From positions 10,664,001-10,728,000 of the forward strand of contig OZ024751.1 in assembly GCA_964016885.1 (NCBI GenBank): DNA of 64,000 bases, in the 5' to 3' direction. The notes below the pieces were generated by a model. That model ran no database searches, was not told the DNA's origin, and worked only from the letters and a program-made list of their open reading frames with translations. The stretch comes from Eledone cirrhosa. Taxonomy: Eukaryota. The translations under genes were made by a program, and so were the position numbers. Of this stretch, positions 1-13,700 are shown piece after piece; within the stretch, counting starts at the first letter, position 1; each line of letters opens with the position of its first letter.

Positions 1-106
1 TAGTGGGAGGTCATTTTCATACACTTACTCAAAATGACCTCCCACTACCTAATTTTTCTATATTTATATATGTATCTATCTCTATTTCCTCTCTCTCTAT
101 ATATAT

Positions 107-566
107 ATATATCTCTTTCTGTCTCTTTACATGAAGCTCTTCGCTTTATCTATTTTTCCATCTCTCTATTCTGTCCCATGCATTTCTTCTTTTTCTTTTT
201 CTTCTTTTTCTTCCTTTTCTTCGTTTTGTCTTTCTTTCTTTCTTATTTCCCTCTTTTCTCTCTCTCTTTCTTTTTCTCTCTGTATTTTCACTGCTAGAGT
301 AAACCTCTTCAAATGAAGTTGATGTTTATTACGGTATGTCGAATATATTTATCTATAAAACTGTTTATATTGTATTTTGTCTGATGAAGGCATAGCATAT
401 TGTTAATATGATATCCCCGAAATATATATAATGAAATAAATATGGTTTTATAAATATAGTTTTCCATTTATTTAATATTGTAAATATACTCCAAATATTT
501 GTCGAGTGCTTTTATATCAGTTATAAATATTTACTAGTTGTAACCCAACAATTTTAAATATAACTT

Positions 567-569
<3 letters not shown>
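107..569 (+). mobile_element. Short HHR-bearing non-coding element (family A)
   Basis: Homologous to 54939-55360 (-) and 44178-44395, and related to 33300-33510. Bounded by (TA)n. Confidence 0.75.
373..438 (+). ncRNA. Type I hammerhead ribozyme (minimal helix III)
   Basis: tattttgt CTGATGA aggcatagcatattgttaatatgatatcccc GAAA tatat ATA|atgaaata. Helix I is 8 bp including two G-U pairs. Confidence 0.75.
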
Positions 570-613
<44 letters not shown>

Positions 614-676
614 CTATATATACACATATATATATATATCTATACATATATATTTATACATATTTATATATATACA

Positions 677-707
<31 letters not shown>

Positions 708-708
708 A

Positions 709-744
<36 letters not shown>

Positions 745-783
745 GTATATATATATATGTGTATATATATATGTGTATATATT

Positions 784-820
<37 letters not shown>

Positions 821-873
821 ATATCTATGTATATATGTATATATATACATATATGTATATATACACATACATA

Positions 874-945
<72 letters not shown>

Positions 946-992
946 CATATATATATCCATGTATATATATACACATATATATATATATACAC

Positions 993-1032
<40 letters not shown>

Positions 1033-1549
1033 ATATACATATATATATATATATACACATATATATACATATATATATGGTGGCTGCCAACTCGTTTCCG
1101 AGTACGGCCACTACTTTATATCCATGTAGGAGAACTCCTACCGTTGCGCTGAACGAGTGTGACTTTTTAGTCCAGCCAGCGACTTGAAAACTCTGGTACA
1201 AACACTACACTTGTGACAATTATTGACACATAGTGCTGGGCCCTTGGTACCATGTGACGACAAGTGCAGAGAGATCTCCAGATATAAAGCAATGCCTGTG
1301 CCCTGAAGCTTTTATAGTGAGCAAAGGCACTGCAAAAAGCCAGTCCCACTCTCTTAACCAAGATGATATTTACCAAAAAGAAGAACAAGTCAACATCATT
1401 GGATACCATCAGAGTTGCAGGTGTTATATCAGAGTTTTACTTCTCCTAGAATTCTGCCTTGACAAAGGCTAAGGGGTCATCTCTCTATACATGTATATAT
1501 ATGTGTAAATACATACATATATATATGTATATATGTATATATATATGTA

Positions 1550-1626
<77 letters not shown>

Positions 1627-1787
1627 GTATATATATATGTATATGTATATATATATGTATATATATATGTATATATATATATGTATATATATATATGTCT
1701 ATATATATATATGTCTATATATATATATGTTTATATATATATACGTATATATATGTATATATATATGTATATTTTTATATACGTATA

Positions 1788-1836
<49 letters not shown>

Positions 1837-1845
1837 GTATATATG

Positions 1846-1907
<62 letters not shown>

Positions 1908-2067
1908 TATATATGTATATATATATATGTATATATACATATATATATGTATATATATATGTATATATACATATATATATGTTTATATATATATATGTAT
2001 ATATACATATATATATATGTATATATATATGTTTATATACATATATATATATATATGTATACATATA

Positions 2068-2098
<31 letters not shown>

Positions 2099-2268
2099 GT
2101 ATATATATATATGTATATATATATATATACATATATATATTCTTGTATATATATATATATATATATATATATACTTGTATATATATATGTATATATACAT
2201 ATATATATATATACATATATATATACATATATATACATATATATATATGTATATATATATATTTATAT
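570..2268. repeat. Imperfect (TA)n arrays (representative; others at 5155-6140, 6467-6840, 16944-17580, 18363-19585, 22475-23055, 50175-51585, 52280-53185, 55745-56282, 58044-59472)
   Basis: Direct reading. These are the source of the IY/YI-repeat ORFs. Confidence 0.97.
1078..1485. mobile_element. Interspersed repeat; longer inverted copy at 57435-58044 and distant relative at about 61290-61590
   Basis: Highly similar reverse-complement copies, both bounded by (TA)n. Class uncertain (possibly derived from an RTE-type LINE 5' region). Confidence 0.7.
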
Positions 2269-2269
2269 A

Positions 2270-5137
2270 ACTTTGAATAACTTTGAAATGTTTTGGCCAG
2301 TATTGGCCCAGGCCATGTCTAACTTAATAGCACCACCTGGCGAAGTCTTTCAATTCAGGATTTGGGCACCATGGCCCATTCGAGAAGAGAATTACTGTTT
2401 GCGGAGACATATCCGGGTGTGGGTGGTTTGTCCGGGATTACTTGGAGGAATTTGTCCAAAGACTTCTTGAATTTTGTGTGGTCAGTTTCTGTTTTGACGT
2501 GTCCTGGTGTGATGTTGAAGAGAGCAGGGCCGATTGAGGTGAAATAATTGTGCCGTATTGTTGTTATGAGTTGCGATTTAGATTTTTGAATGGGACGGAT
2601 AGCACGGGGCCCAAGCCTTGGGTGTATCTTGAAGGCGATGCCAACATCATTTGGGCAGTGATGATGGAACATTTTCCACATCATGCAGATAATATAACGC
2701 TCACGGCGACGTTGGAGTGAGTAAAGTTTCAGGTTTTCCAATCGACCCCAGTAGTCAAGGTCTGACATGCCATCTATCTTTTTCGTGATTGCCCTTTGAG
2801 GAGCTTCAAGTTTCATGATACTTTGTTTCGTGTGGGGAGACCACAGTGGACAACAGTATTCAAGGTGTGGTCGGGCGAAAGTAGAGAAGAGAAGGATAAT
2901 GGTGCGGGAATCTCTCGACTGGAAGGTTCTGAGGATCCAGGAACACATTCTGCGGGCCATGTCAACTTTGCTGCTTATATGCGTGGTCCAGCTTATGTTG
3001 CTGTCCACGGTTACTCCCAAGTCTCTGATGTTGTTTGATGCCACGAGAGTTTCCCCGGAGGGAAGGGAGTACGGGAGTTTCAGAGCATCCTCTTTTCCAA
3101 AGTGGATCAGTTCGAATTTGTCTTCGTTCAGTAACATGTTGTTCTTTTCTGCCCATTGGGTAACAGCCAGTAGGTCTGACTGAAGGCTTATCCGGTCATC
3201 CACGCCATTGATGACCTTTTGGAGCTTGGAATCATCAGCGAAAATTTTAATGTTGCTGTGTTTGATGATGTCAGTGATGTCATTAATATAGATGATGAAG
3301 AGAAGTGGGCCCAACACAGTGCCTTGTGGGACTCCACTACTGACTTTGGCTGGGCTTGATTTGACTCCCTCAACTACAACATGTTGGGTTCTGTTTGACA
3401 GGAAGCTCTTGATCCACTGCAGCAGCTTTCCAGTGACACCAATATTGGACAGCTTTCTCAGTAGAATGTTATGATCAACCCTGTCAAAGGCCTTGCTGAA
3501 ATCAAGGTAGATAACATCAGTGTTGGAACCCTCTCCCAAGGCTCTCAAAATGTCATCAAAGTGATGCAGTAGTTGCGTCAGGCAATCCCTTCCATTACGG
3601 AATCCATGCTGGTTGGAGTTCAGCATATTGTTACTCTCAAGGAAGTGGGTCATTCGCGATCTCACCACTCGCTCAAATACCTTAATGATATGAGAGGTGA
3701 GTGAGATTGGACGGTAATTCACGGCAAGGGATTTGTTTCCCTTTTTGAAAACTGGGACAACAGACTGGGATAGAAGGTTTTCTGGCACATATCCAGCATC
3801 CAGTGAGTTCCGCCACAGATTGGCAAGAGGAGAAGCAAGTTGGTGTTGACACGCCTTCAAGACACAAGCAGGGAACCTATCGGGACCTACTGCTGAATTA
3901 TGCTTGATTTCCTTTATTGCCGCCAAGACATCAGGGGCGCCAAACGTTATGTCCGATAAGGTGTAATGGGGAGTAACATCGCCGATACAGCCCAGATCGG
4001 CCATATCAGGATTGCTGAAAACAGAGCAGTATTGTTTCTGCAGTATCTCACCCATGGTTTTAGCATTGTCTTGAAGAGTGCCATTTTCATCAATTAGAGG
4101 GCCAACAGTAGAGCCAGTGATTTTGTGTTTTTTTGCAAATGAAAAGAACACTTTGGGATTGAGTTTGATCTTCTCAATGGCCCAGGCCTCTTCAGCTCTT
4201 CTCTGATTGTTGATGAGGGACATTATGTTGTTTTGGAGGTTATGTTTTTTAATCTCTAGTGATGAAATGGCAGTCAAGTTGATGTGTTGCTGCTGACAGT
4301 ATTTCAGATTGTTGATTTTTTTGTTCGTTCTCTTAATTTTTCTGATGAGCGTTTTTCTATTTCTAGGGATTCTGCTCTTAGATTTGTTTATAGTTCTTAA
4401 TGGGGTGTGTTTAGCACATATGTTTGTAACAGTGTCCACAAATGTCTGCCAGGACTTTTTGATGTTAGTGGGTGTATGAGTGTGCGTGAAGGACCAGTCG
4501 ACATGTGCAAGATCATGACTGATCGCTTCCCAGTTTGCATTGTGGAAATCCATAGCGTCAAACGGATGGACAGGAGAAATGACATTGGGTTTGTATATTG
4601 GACGGTGGAATCTCAGATCACAGAGAACCATGTCATGATCAGAGAGTAGAGTTTTCTCCACTGCAATATTGTGGATATTGTCAGTGTGATTGCTGAAAAT
4701 TAAGTCTAGGACGTTTTTGTGGCACCTCGTTGGTTTGAGCACTAGTTGGGATAGGAAGAAATCATCCATGAAGTCAAGAAGCGATTCCACAGCTTCCCTG
4801 TCAGAGGTTGAGGCAGAAGAACCTGGTGGCAGGGTGTTTGTGGACCAGTCAACTCCGGGGAGGTTGAAGTCCCCCATCATTAAGATGTTGTCAGGGTGAC
4901 ACTCTTGGATGAAACACTTTATGCTGTTGAGGCATTCCTTGAAGCATGGTACAGGCGTTTGGGGTGGCCTATAGAGCCCAACTACTAATAGGTTGTTGGT
5001 TTGACTGAATACAGTGACTGCCTCACAGTATCCATTAGTGAATATGTTCATAGCCTCTGTTGAGAAAGAATTATGGACATAAATGGCAGTTCCGCCCTTT
5101 CTTCTGCCAGCGCGATCAGCACGGATGGCTTTGAAAT
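2270..5137 (-). mobile_element. CR1/Jockey-group (APE-RT) LINE, 5'-truncated, inserted in a (TA)n array
   Basis: Contains the 898-aa ORF. Upstream in-frame sequence [20 protein letters not shown] is an APE motif, and the element breaks off at about 5137. The 3' end has a short tandem tail (TTCAAAGTTA x2 on the - strand). (TA)n lies on both sides. Confidence 0.9.
2355..5051 (-). CDS. LINE ORF2: C-terminal part of AP endonuclease plus reverse transcriptase, no internal stops
   Basis: APE motifs GLYRPP, MGDFN, LDLIF, SDH. RT motifs [39 protein letters not shown]-terminus [12 protein letters not shown]. Confidence 0.93.
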   Translation of the reverse strand: MNIFTNGYCEAVTVFSQTNNLLVVGLYRPPQTPVPCFKECLNSIKCFIQECHPDNILMMGDFNLPGVDWSTNTLPPGSSASTSDREAVESLLDFMDDFFLSQLVLKPTRCHKNVLDLIFSNHTDNIHNIAVEKTLLSDHDMVLCDLRFHRPIYKPNVISPVHPFDAMDFHNANWEAISHDLAHVDWSFTHTHTPTNIKKSWQTFVDTVTNICAKHTPLRTINKSKSRIPRNRKTLIRKIKRTNKKINNLKYCQQQHINLTAISSLEIKKHNLQNNIMSLINNQRRAEEAWAIEKIKLNPKVFFSFAKKHKITGSTVGPLIDENGTLQDNAKTMGEILQKQYCSVFSNPDMADLGCIGDVTPHYTLSDITFGAPDVLAAIKEIKHNSAVGPDRFPACVLKACQHQLASPLANLWRNSLDAGYVPENLLSQSVVPVFKKGNKSLAVNYRPISLTSHIIKVFERVVRSRMTHFLESNNMLNSNQHGFRNGRDCLTQLLHHFDDILRALGEGSNTDVIYLDFSKAFDRVDHNILLRKLSNIGVTGKLLQWIKSFLSNRTQHVVVEGVKSSPAKVSSGVPQGTVLGPLLFIIYINDITDIIKHSNIKIFADDSKLQKVINGVDDRISLQSDLLAVTQWAEKNNMLLNEDKFELIHFGKEDALKLPYSLPSGETLVASNNIRDLGVTVDSNISWTTHISSKVDMARRMCSWILRTFQSRDSRTIILLFSTFARPHLEYCCPLWSPHTKQSIMKLEAPQRAITKKIDGMSDLDYWGRLENLKLYSLQRRRERYIICMMWKMFHHHCPNDVGIAFKIHPRLGPRAIRPIQKSKSQLITTIRHNYFTSIGPALFNITPGHVKTETDHTKFKKSLDKFLQVIPDKPPTPGYVSANSNSLLEWAMVPKS

Positions 5138-5165
5138 TTTTTTTTTTTTTCCACTTATATATATG

Positions 5166-5198
<33 letters not shown>

Positions 5199-5322
5199 TT
5201 ATTTATATATATATGTATATATATATATATGTATATATATATATGTATATATATACATATATATATATATGTATATATATACATATATATATATGTATAT
5301 ATATACATATATACATATATAT

Positions 5323-5375
<53 letters not shown>

Positions 5376-5400
5376 TACATATATATATATACATATATAC

Positions 5401-5465
<65 letters not shown>

Positions 5466-5494
5466 CATATATATGTATATATATACATATATAC

Positions 5495-5543
<49 letters not shown>

Positions 5544-5559
5544 CATATATATGTATATA

Positions 5560-5590
<31 letters not shown>

Positions 5591-5630
5591 GTATATATAT
5601 ATATATGTATATATGTATATATGTATATAT

Positions 5631-5731
<101 letters not shown>

Positions 5732-5744
5732 CATATATATATAC

Positions 5745-5849
<105 letters not shown>

Positions 5850-5874
5850 CATATATATATACATATATATATAC

Positions 5875-5905
<31 letters not shown>

Positions 5906-5925
5906 AATATATATATATGTACATA

Positions 5926-5959
<34 letters not shown>

Positions 5960-6037
5960 CATATGCATATATATATATACATATGCATATATATATATAT
6001 ATATGTATATATGTACATATATATATATATGTATATA

Positions 6038-6104
<67 letters not shown>

Positions 6105-6466
6105 ACATGCATATATATACATATATGTATACATGCATATATATTTACACATCCACACACATATCTCTACCTACAGAGATACACACACACACACGCAAAC
6201 GAATTGAGAATAAAAAGCAGAACAGCAAAAAGAAAGAAGAAAAAAAAAAAGGAGAAGAGCGAAATAGAAGAACGTTAATAACGAGCAGTATGGCGGTCAA
6301 GTTATTTTCATAAATTAAATTCCCATCTCTAGCGTAAAGTAGTTGTGTATTGGAGAGAATAGCTGCTTGAATAGGTGATGCCAGGCAGCATCAGATATGG
6401 TTTTGAAGTAGGTTTCTTAATACAATCAATATATTGGTAGAGAGAGTGTGTACGTGTGTGAGAGAA

Positions 6467-6569
<103 letters not shown>

Positions 6570-6631
6570 TATACACATATATATATATATACACACATAT
6601 ATATACACATATATATATATATATACATATA

Positions 6632-6695
<64 letters not shown>

Positions 6696-6715
6696 TATAT
6701 ATATACATATATATT

Positions 6716-6748
<33 letters not shown>

Positions 6749-6758
6749 TATGTATATA

Positions 6759-6841
<83 letters not shown>

Positions 6842-7274
6842 GGAGGGAGAGAGAGAAGGAGTAAAGTGAGGGGCAATGAAAGCGAGACAGTTTGGCGATG
6901 GACTGAGTTAGGGCTAGTGACACAGAGAGAAGTATTTCTATCTATTTATCTGTCTGTTTGTCTGTCTATCTTTCCTTTTCTCTTATTCTCTCTGTCACTC
7001 TGTCTTTCTCTTTATATAAATATTGTTGTTGTTGTTGTGTTTCTGAAGTTTCGTCATCTAAATGTGCATTCCCTCTTTTTCCCTATACATGTATACAGTA
7101 TACATTTATGTATATATAAAGATATATATATATATATATAATATATCATATATGATATATCTTTATTTATAACTATATAAATATATATCTTCATATAGTT
7201 ATATATATATAATGTGCGTGTGTGTATATATATATATATATACAGAGTGAGTGAGTGAGGGAGAGCGAGCGAGC

Positions 7275-7314
<40 letters not shown>

Positions 7315-8693
7315 TTTGTTAACTTGAGCAATACAACCAATAAGAAGAAGAATGACTGGATATGAACAACAACTGTTCCAAAGAGAAATGTTGTAGTGCC
7401 TGCTCGAGATAATGACGTCCAAGTGGTCGAGCATTCTATAGACACCTGTACTCTTAACAGGGTTCTCAGGGAGATTCAGCGTTATGGAATATATGGCAAG
7501 GTTGGCTCTATGAATTAGAATTACAACACATTAGTGGTAAGAATTTCTGAGGAGAGCTGGGCAGCAGAAGGTCTTCAAAGAAGAAACCCCAGCCACCCCT
7601 CAAGCGAGTGTTTCGGTGCCTAACTTCTTACCCTCTAAGGGGACCACACCGCATGTAGGTCTTGACTCCTGGGTGCCCTTTTGCTGACACTTAGCCATAT
7701 AGATATCGGTGACTAGTGTACTTAAACCGTATGGATATTTTGTTGAAAGGATCAAGCTGGAACTCCGCTCCATTGCCTTTGTTTTCAAACTGATATTTAA
7801 ACGCTTTCTTGAATTTGGGGAAATAACGCTGGTAGTCACAAGTGTACCAATATAATTGTATTGTCATAATCAACAACTGTAAACTAAATTACCAAATCAT
7901 GTGTAGCGAACCAACCAGGTCCGAACACAGAGAAACCAAACTCCCACTGTCACCGCCTCCATTCCTCCCACTGTCATCTACGTTGGTAGTCACGGTTTCG
8001 TTGAGACGTCAACAGTATTGCAGGCACCAACACTCCACCTACAACACATTCAGTGATACTTTCCTTGGCCTGTGTTAAAATACAAACACGGTGACTCTCA
8101 AGCGGTCCCTCACTGACGTTTGGATTTCCGAAGAGGTGTTTTTGTTTTACTCCATAGACATCTTTGTAGATTGTAAACGATGTCTCCGAATGTGGCTAAT
8201 TTGTGTTCCAGGGTGATCTTTCCTATGAATACATTATATTCAAGCTCAGTGGACTTGAGTCTCGTAAAATAAATTGTTTTGTTGAAAGGATAAAACGCGC
8301 AGCCGAAAACTGAACTCTTAACCATACCACCGGGAACCGAATACGTTAATCACTAAGACACACATATTTACTAACTAACAGAAACTGTAACAAGGAGGAG
8401 GAGGTGGAGGTGAAGGAGGAGGAGGAGAAGAAGAAGAAGAAGAAGAAGAAGAAGAAGAAGAAGAAGAAGAAGAAGAAGAACTGCTACTACAAAGACCGTT
8501 AATGAACCAGAGACGGTCTTATAATGTGCTTTCCCTTGGCTGCTAAAGACCAGCAGTGAAATTCATCACTTCTTAAATTCATAGCAAGGCTTTAAAAACA
8601 ATTATTTACAAGAACATTTCATTTTTGTTCAGTATACAACCATAGTCACGTACCAATCATGTTATGCCAGAGTATCGCTTGCTTTCATTAATC

Positions 8694-8879
8694 AGGTGAA
8701 TTGGCAGTATCGGTAGAGGGTCGGACGCCATGCTTTCCAGCATAGTTACGTCCCTTTACAATCTGAGTTCAAAAGCCGCCGAGGTTAACTTTGCCTTTCA
8801 TCCTTACGAGGTCGATAAAATAAAGTACCAGTAATGTACTGGGTAATTGCTGGCCTTGTGCCAAAAGTAGAAACAATTA
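8694..8879 (+). mobile_element. tRNA-derived SINE, family 1
   Basis: Box A TGGCAGTATCGG, box B GAGTTCAAA.C, core ttgcctttcatccttacggggtcgataaaataaagtaccag, tail gtagaaacaatt. Confidence 0.85.
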
Positions 8880-9138
8880 ATCAGAACTCGCGTGCTTTTG
8901 CTCTGTATGTAAATGAGCTTCGTCAGTGGAATCATAAATACTATAAGCTTTTAACTTATTTTTGTCTCAGCATCCAAGCGGAGTTAGCTCCCCTGAACAC
9001 GGTTAAAGAACCAGAAACGGTACTGTTAGTGTGCTCCCCCTTGGCTGCTAAAGACCAGTAGTGAAATTTGTCATAGAAAGTCTATAAAAGATGTTTACTT
9101 ACGTGAACATTTCGTATATGGTTCAATATACAACCCCA

Positions 9139-9207
<69 letters not shown>

Positions 9208-9312
9208 AGGAATAATAAAATAATTTTTCTGAAATTATAAAACTAATGGAGGAATACTTTTCTTTTCTATTTGGAGATAACTCCAGCACCTCACACATAC
9301 ACACATGTAGAT

Positions 9313-9343
<31 letters not shown>

Positions 9344-9542
9344 CCCACACACGCACACACAAACACACACATGTAAATACACATACACGTTGACACACAC
9401 ACACGTACATACACACACGCATGCATTCACACATACACATACAAAATCCCTCTTTCTCACATACACACATATATATATATATAATATATACGCATGATGT
9501 GTATATATAAGTATATAAATACATATATGTGTGTATATTATG

Positions 9543-9576
<34 letters not shown>

Positions 9577-9769
9577 CATAATATACACACATATATGTGT
9601 TTATATACTTATATATACACATCATGCGTATATATTATATATATATATATATATATTTATTAAAATAACATCGCGGCTTTCACCCTTAACGGGATCTTCT
9701 GAAAAATATATCGATATATCAGGGACGCACATATATACATCCACACACGTATACACACATACACGCACG

Positions 9770-9846
<77 letters not shown>

Positions 9847-10197
9847 TCCTCGATTTAAATGTACGAATAAATAAACATCTAGAGTTTTAATTATAAACAC
9901 GTCATTTTAATTAATTGTCACTCTTAATTAAAGATAAACATTTGAAATGTTACTGATTATACAGGGTATCTCAAAAATTAAGCAGATACCCTGAAATGTA
10001 TTCTTTTTAATTAAATCTTCAACATACATGACTTATACATGCATATATCTATGTTTTGTCTACATCTGTGTCTTCCATATTTCTTTACACCCTTTTCTAT
10101 ATAGATATATATATGTATTTCAAACGTATATATACTTACACACACATATATATACACGCATATACATATATATATATATACATATAAACACACACAA

Positions 10198-10268
<71 letters not shown>

Positions 10269-10468
10269 TAGAGATATAATTATGTGTGTCTGTGCGTACA
10301 TATATACATTTTTATATGCAAATATGTAGGTATATATATAGATACACATTGTTAAAATTTGGGAGGGCCATGCTGCCAATAAAAACACACGCACTTGTTG
10401 GTTTTAACTTCAATTTATTATAAGTTTCCGCTTGGTTGGTTCAATAACCGGAAGGTTGTATATATATA

Positions 10469-10515
10469 TTGTCAAAGCTCTTTCGTCACCCATTCAATGA
10501 CCTCCTCAGTGACAA
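10469..10515 (-). ncRNA. Type I hammerhead ribozyme
   Basis: ttgtca CTGAGGA ggtcattgaatgggtgac GAAA gag CTT|tgacaa. Lies in a pLTR homologous to the 24773 arm. Confidence 0.75.
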
Positions 10516-11106
10516 AGTTTTTATATTGTGTTTCTCCTTTGTACTGTCTTACACCATCTTGTTTTTGTGTGTTGTGTCATATATATATATATATATATAT
10601 ATATTAGGTAGGACTACTGGATTTCATATCCTGAATCAATGACTAACACAGACTGTATGGAACTATTGTATGAGTTGCACATGCTTGCTGATAAGTTTAA
10701 CAGCCCGGCTGCGTAAATGTCTGTATATATTACGTGATCTTCTGAACATTGAGGATCTATATCTGCATTTGTGAAGATATGTTTCACAGAAATGATATCG
10801 TCCAGGAGATGAGAATTTCACCTTTCTCTCTACCTAAACACCGCCACCGCAGCTGCTAAAACAAAATGTGTCACTCTGAACGGCTGATTGTAACTCCATT
10901 ACTGCAGTTCAGCAAATTCATTGAGTGAGCTAGACGCTGACCGGAGACCGTTGAAGTAATACCAGCGATCGATCTTGGTTAATTTTATATAGTGTATATA
11001 TATATAGGAGTCGATCGACTTTCGTCAAATCGGACCGAGGGAACAATGTTTCCGTTGGTCTTTCCAATTGCTAATACTATCTATCGGTCGCAACTCCAGG
11101 TAGAAG

Positions 11107-11352
<246 letters not shown>

Positions 11353-11357
11353 GTATG

Positions 11358-11434
<77 letters not shown>

Positions 11435-12296
11435 AAACACCACGGACGCTCTATCTCAGAATTATTTTTGAAAAGCATTAGAAATGCGCAACCGGTAAAA
11501 CTTAAAACCAATACTATTACTAATTTTCACTTATTCCTAATTAAACTATTTTTCACTGTGAACAATTTGTCATCATTTTCTTTTCCGTTTACCAATATAT
11601 ATATACCTATATATTTACATATATAAATATATAAATGTACACACACAGATACGCATAATTATATATATAAAATGTTGAATGAAACCGGTATAAATAAATA
11701 AATAAATGCTATTGTTAATTAATAAATAAATTAACTAATACCTTATACTTCACACAAAGTAAAATATTTTGTTTTAAACATTTTCTAACCCAGAAAATAA
11801 AAAAAATAAAGGAAAAGAATATATTTTTCTTCCTAATAGTCGTTTTTTCTCCCTATTTACACACACACTCACGCACGCACGCACCCCCCCCCACACACAC
11901 ACTCACACTCACACATACAGACACACACACATATATATATATATAAATCCCAAACTCAGAAATAAGAGCACCAATTGGTGTTGCTTTAAAAGCGTTTCCA
12001 GGCGCCAATATGGAAAATAAAATTCCGTATCCCTTGTATTCTGACCGAGTCTATTAAGCTAAAGAAACACTAGCCACAGATACCGTCTAAGTAAGATAGC
12101 TATACAGAACAGCTTGAAGGTAAACAATCTTTTTTTTTTTTTTTTGCAAACTATCGAAGCGCTGGGGGATTCTAAAGTGTAGGAAGACCAAATGCAGAGA
12201 ATAACGGTAGCCAGGGCTGGATTTAGACCTTGGGGGAACCGGGGCACTTCAGGTTTGGGAGGCCCCTTATACACAAACATTATAATACACAGCAAA

Positions 12297-12488
12297 TGGC
12301 GGTGGATTGGCAGTATCGGTAGAGGGTCGGACGCCATGCTTTGACGCATAGAGTTACGGCCCTTGCCATTCTGAGTTCAAATCCCGCCGAGGTTAACTTT
12401 GCCTTTCATCCTTATGGGGTCGATAAAATAAAGTACCAGTAATACACTGGGTTATTGCTGGCCTTGTGCCAAAAGTAGAAACAATTAT
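12297..12488 (+). mobile_element. SINE family 1
   Basis: Same A/B boxes and core. Confidence 0.85.
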
Positions 12489-13203
12489 AATACACAGCAA
12501 ACCCCCTAATTTTACATATCGAAGTTAGTTTGACACAAGTAATTAGAACTGAAAAGTTACACATCCAGGTATTAAATAAAAAAATTCTAACCATCTTCAA
12601 ACTAAAAAGCCCAGCTGAGGGCACAAATAAATTGCTATGGCCGTCGCTGGTGGGACCTGCACGGGGCCGGGGCAATTACTCTCTATGCCTCCCATTAAAT
12701 CCGGTCCTGACTCTAGCAATAATCCTTAAAAAATGACGTGAAATGCAAGCTCATAGGCCGACCAAGATCTCATGGAATGACCAAATGAGGTTTATTTTTC
12801 AACATATTCCCTGGAAAGAAACAATGCAGTTATTTATAAGAAGAGTTGAAATTAATACATGCAAGATTTGCCAGCTCTAGCATCACTGCTTCATAGACAG
12901 CCTATGAACTTTGCAGCCTACCTTCGTACACCTAAAGACGAGAAAAGAGTGGCCAGCCGCCAATACGTAGAATAGAGCTGGGTGATTTATATAATTCATG
13001 TGGGTACTGACATATAGAAAATTCTAAATTAATGGAAATTTACTTTTAAAAAATAAACATATATCCAAGCGGCATGTTTGTTTTACTTTATTCTCAAACA
13101 AAGGGAGATAATTTTGAGGCATGTAGAATATTGCATTCACGCTAAACATAGTTTTCATGATTGAGGAAATGATATTATGTTTGCTATTAGTAGAAGTGGT
13201 AGC

Positions 13204-13242
13204 TATGGACATGTTTGAGTCTTATTGGCCCTCGTCAGCATA
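13204..13242 (-). ncRNA. Degenerate hammerhead (G12 missing)
   Basis: tatg CTGACGA gggccaataagactc -AAA cat GTC|cata. Confidence 0.45.
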
Positions 13243-13535
13243 TAAATGCACACATATGAATGTACATATTCGTGCGTATACATACACAAGGTCACAATGC
13301 ATATAGACCTATAAAAGTCAGCAAATAGTTACAAATTGCATTTACATAAACACTTAGAACATAAAACATATACAACCATCCCTCTATCTATGTGCCAGCC
13401 TGTTTGTCTGTCTGTCTGTGTCTCTCCCTTTCTCCCCCACCCCTCTCTCTCTCTACATATATATATATATTATATATATATATATGTATATTATATATAT
13501 ATATGTATATTATATATATGTATATTATATATATA

Positions 13536-13700
13536 TACGAGGTGTGTCAGAAAAGTTCCAGGATTGATGTCACAAAATATTTATTTCAAACCCAAACTTC
13601 ACACTAAGAGTTTTCACCTTCAAAGTAATCCCCCTGGAGTTTAATGCACTTTTCCATCCTTTTCTGCCACACTTGCATGCACTCCTGGAAGTCGTCCAAA
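13536..13700 (+). mobile_element. Tc1/mariner-like terminal fragment
   Basis: TA|CGAGGTGTGTCAGAAAAGTTCC..caaagtaatcccc..aatgcactt resembles a mariner TIR. Another probable end lies at 12780-12928 (..ccttcgta). Confidence 0.5.

Noticed and set aside
7850-8340. Short ORFs resembling a LINE ORF1 remnant
   Set aside because: No recognisable motif.
8694-8790. tRNA genes at A/B boxes
   Set aside because: These are SINE heads that continue into SINE cores, with no complete cloverleaf.
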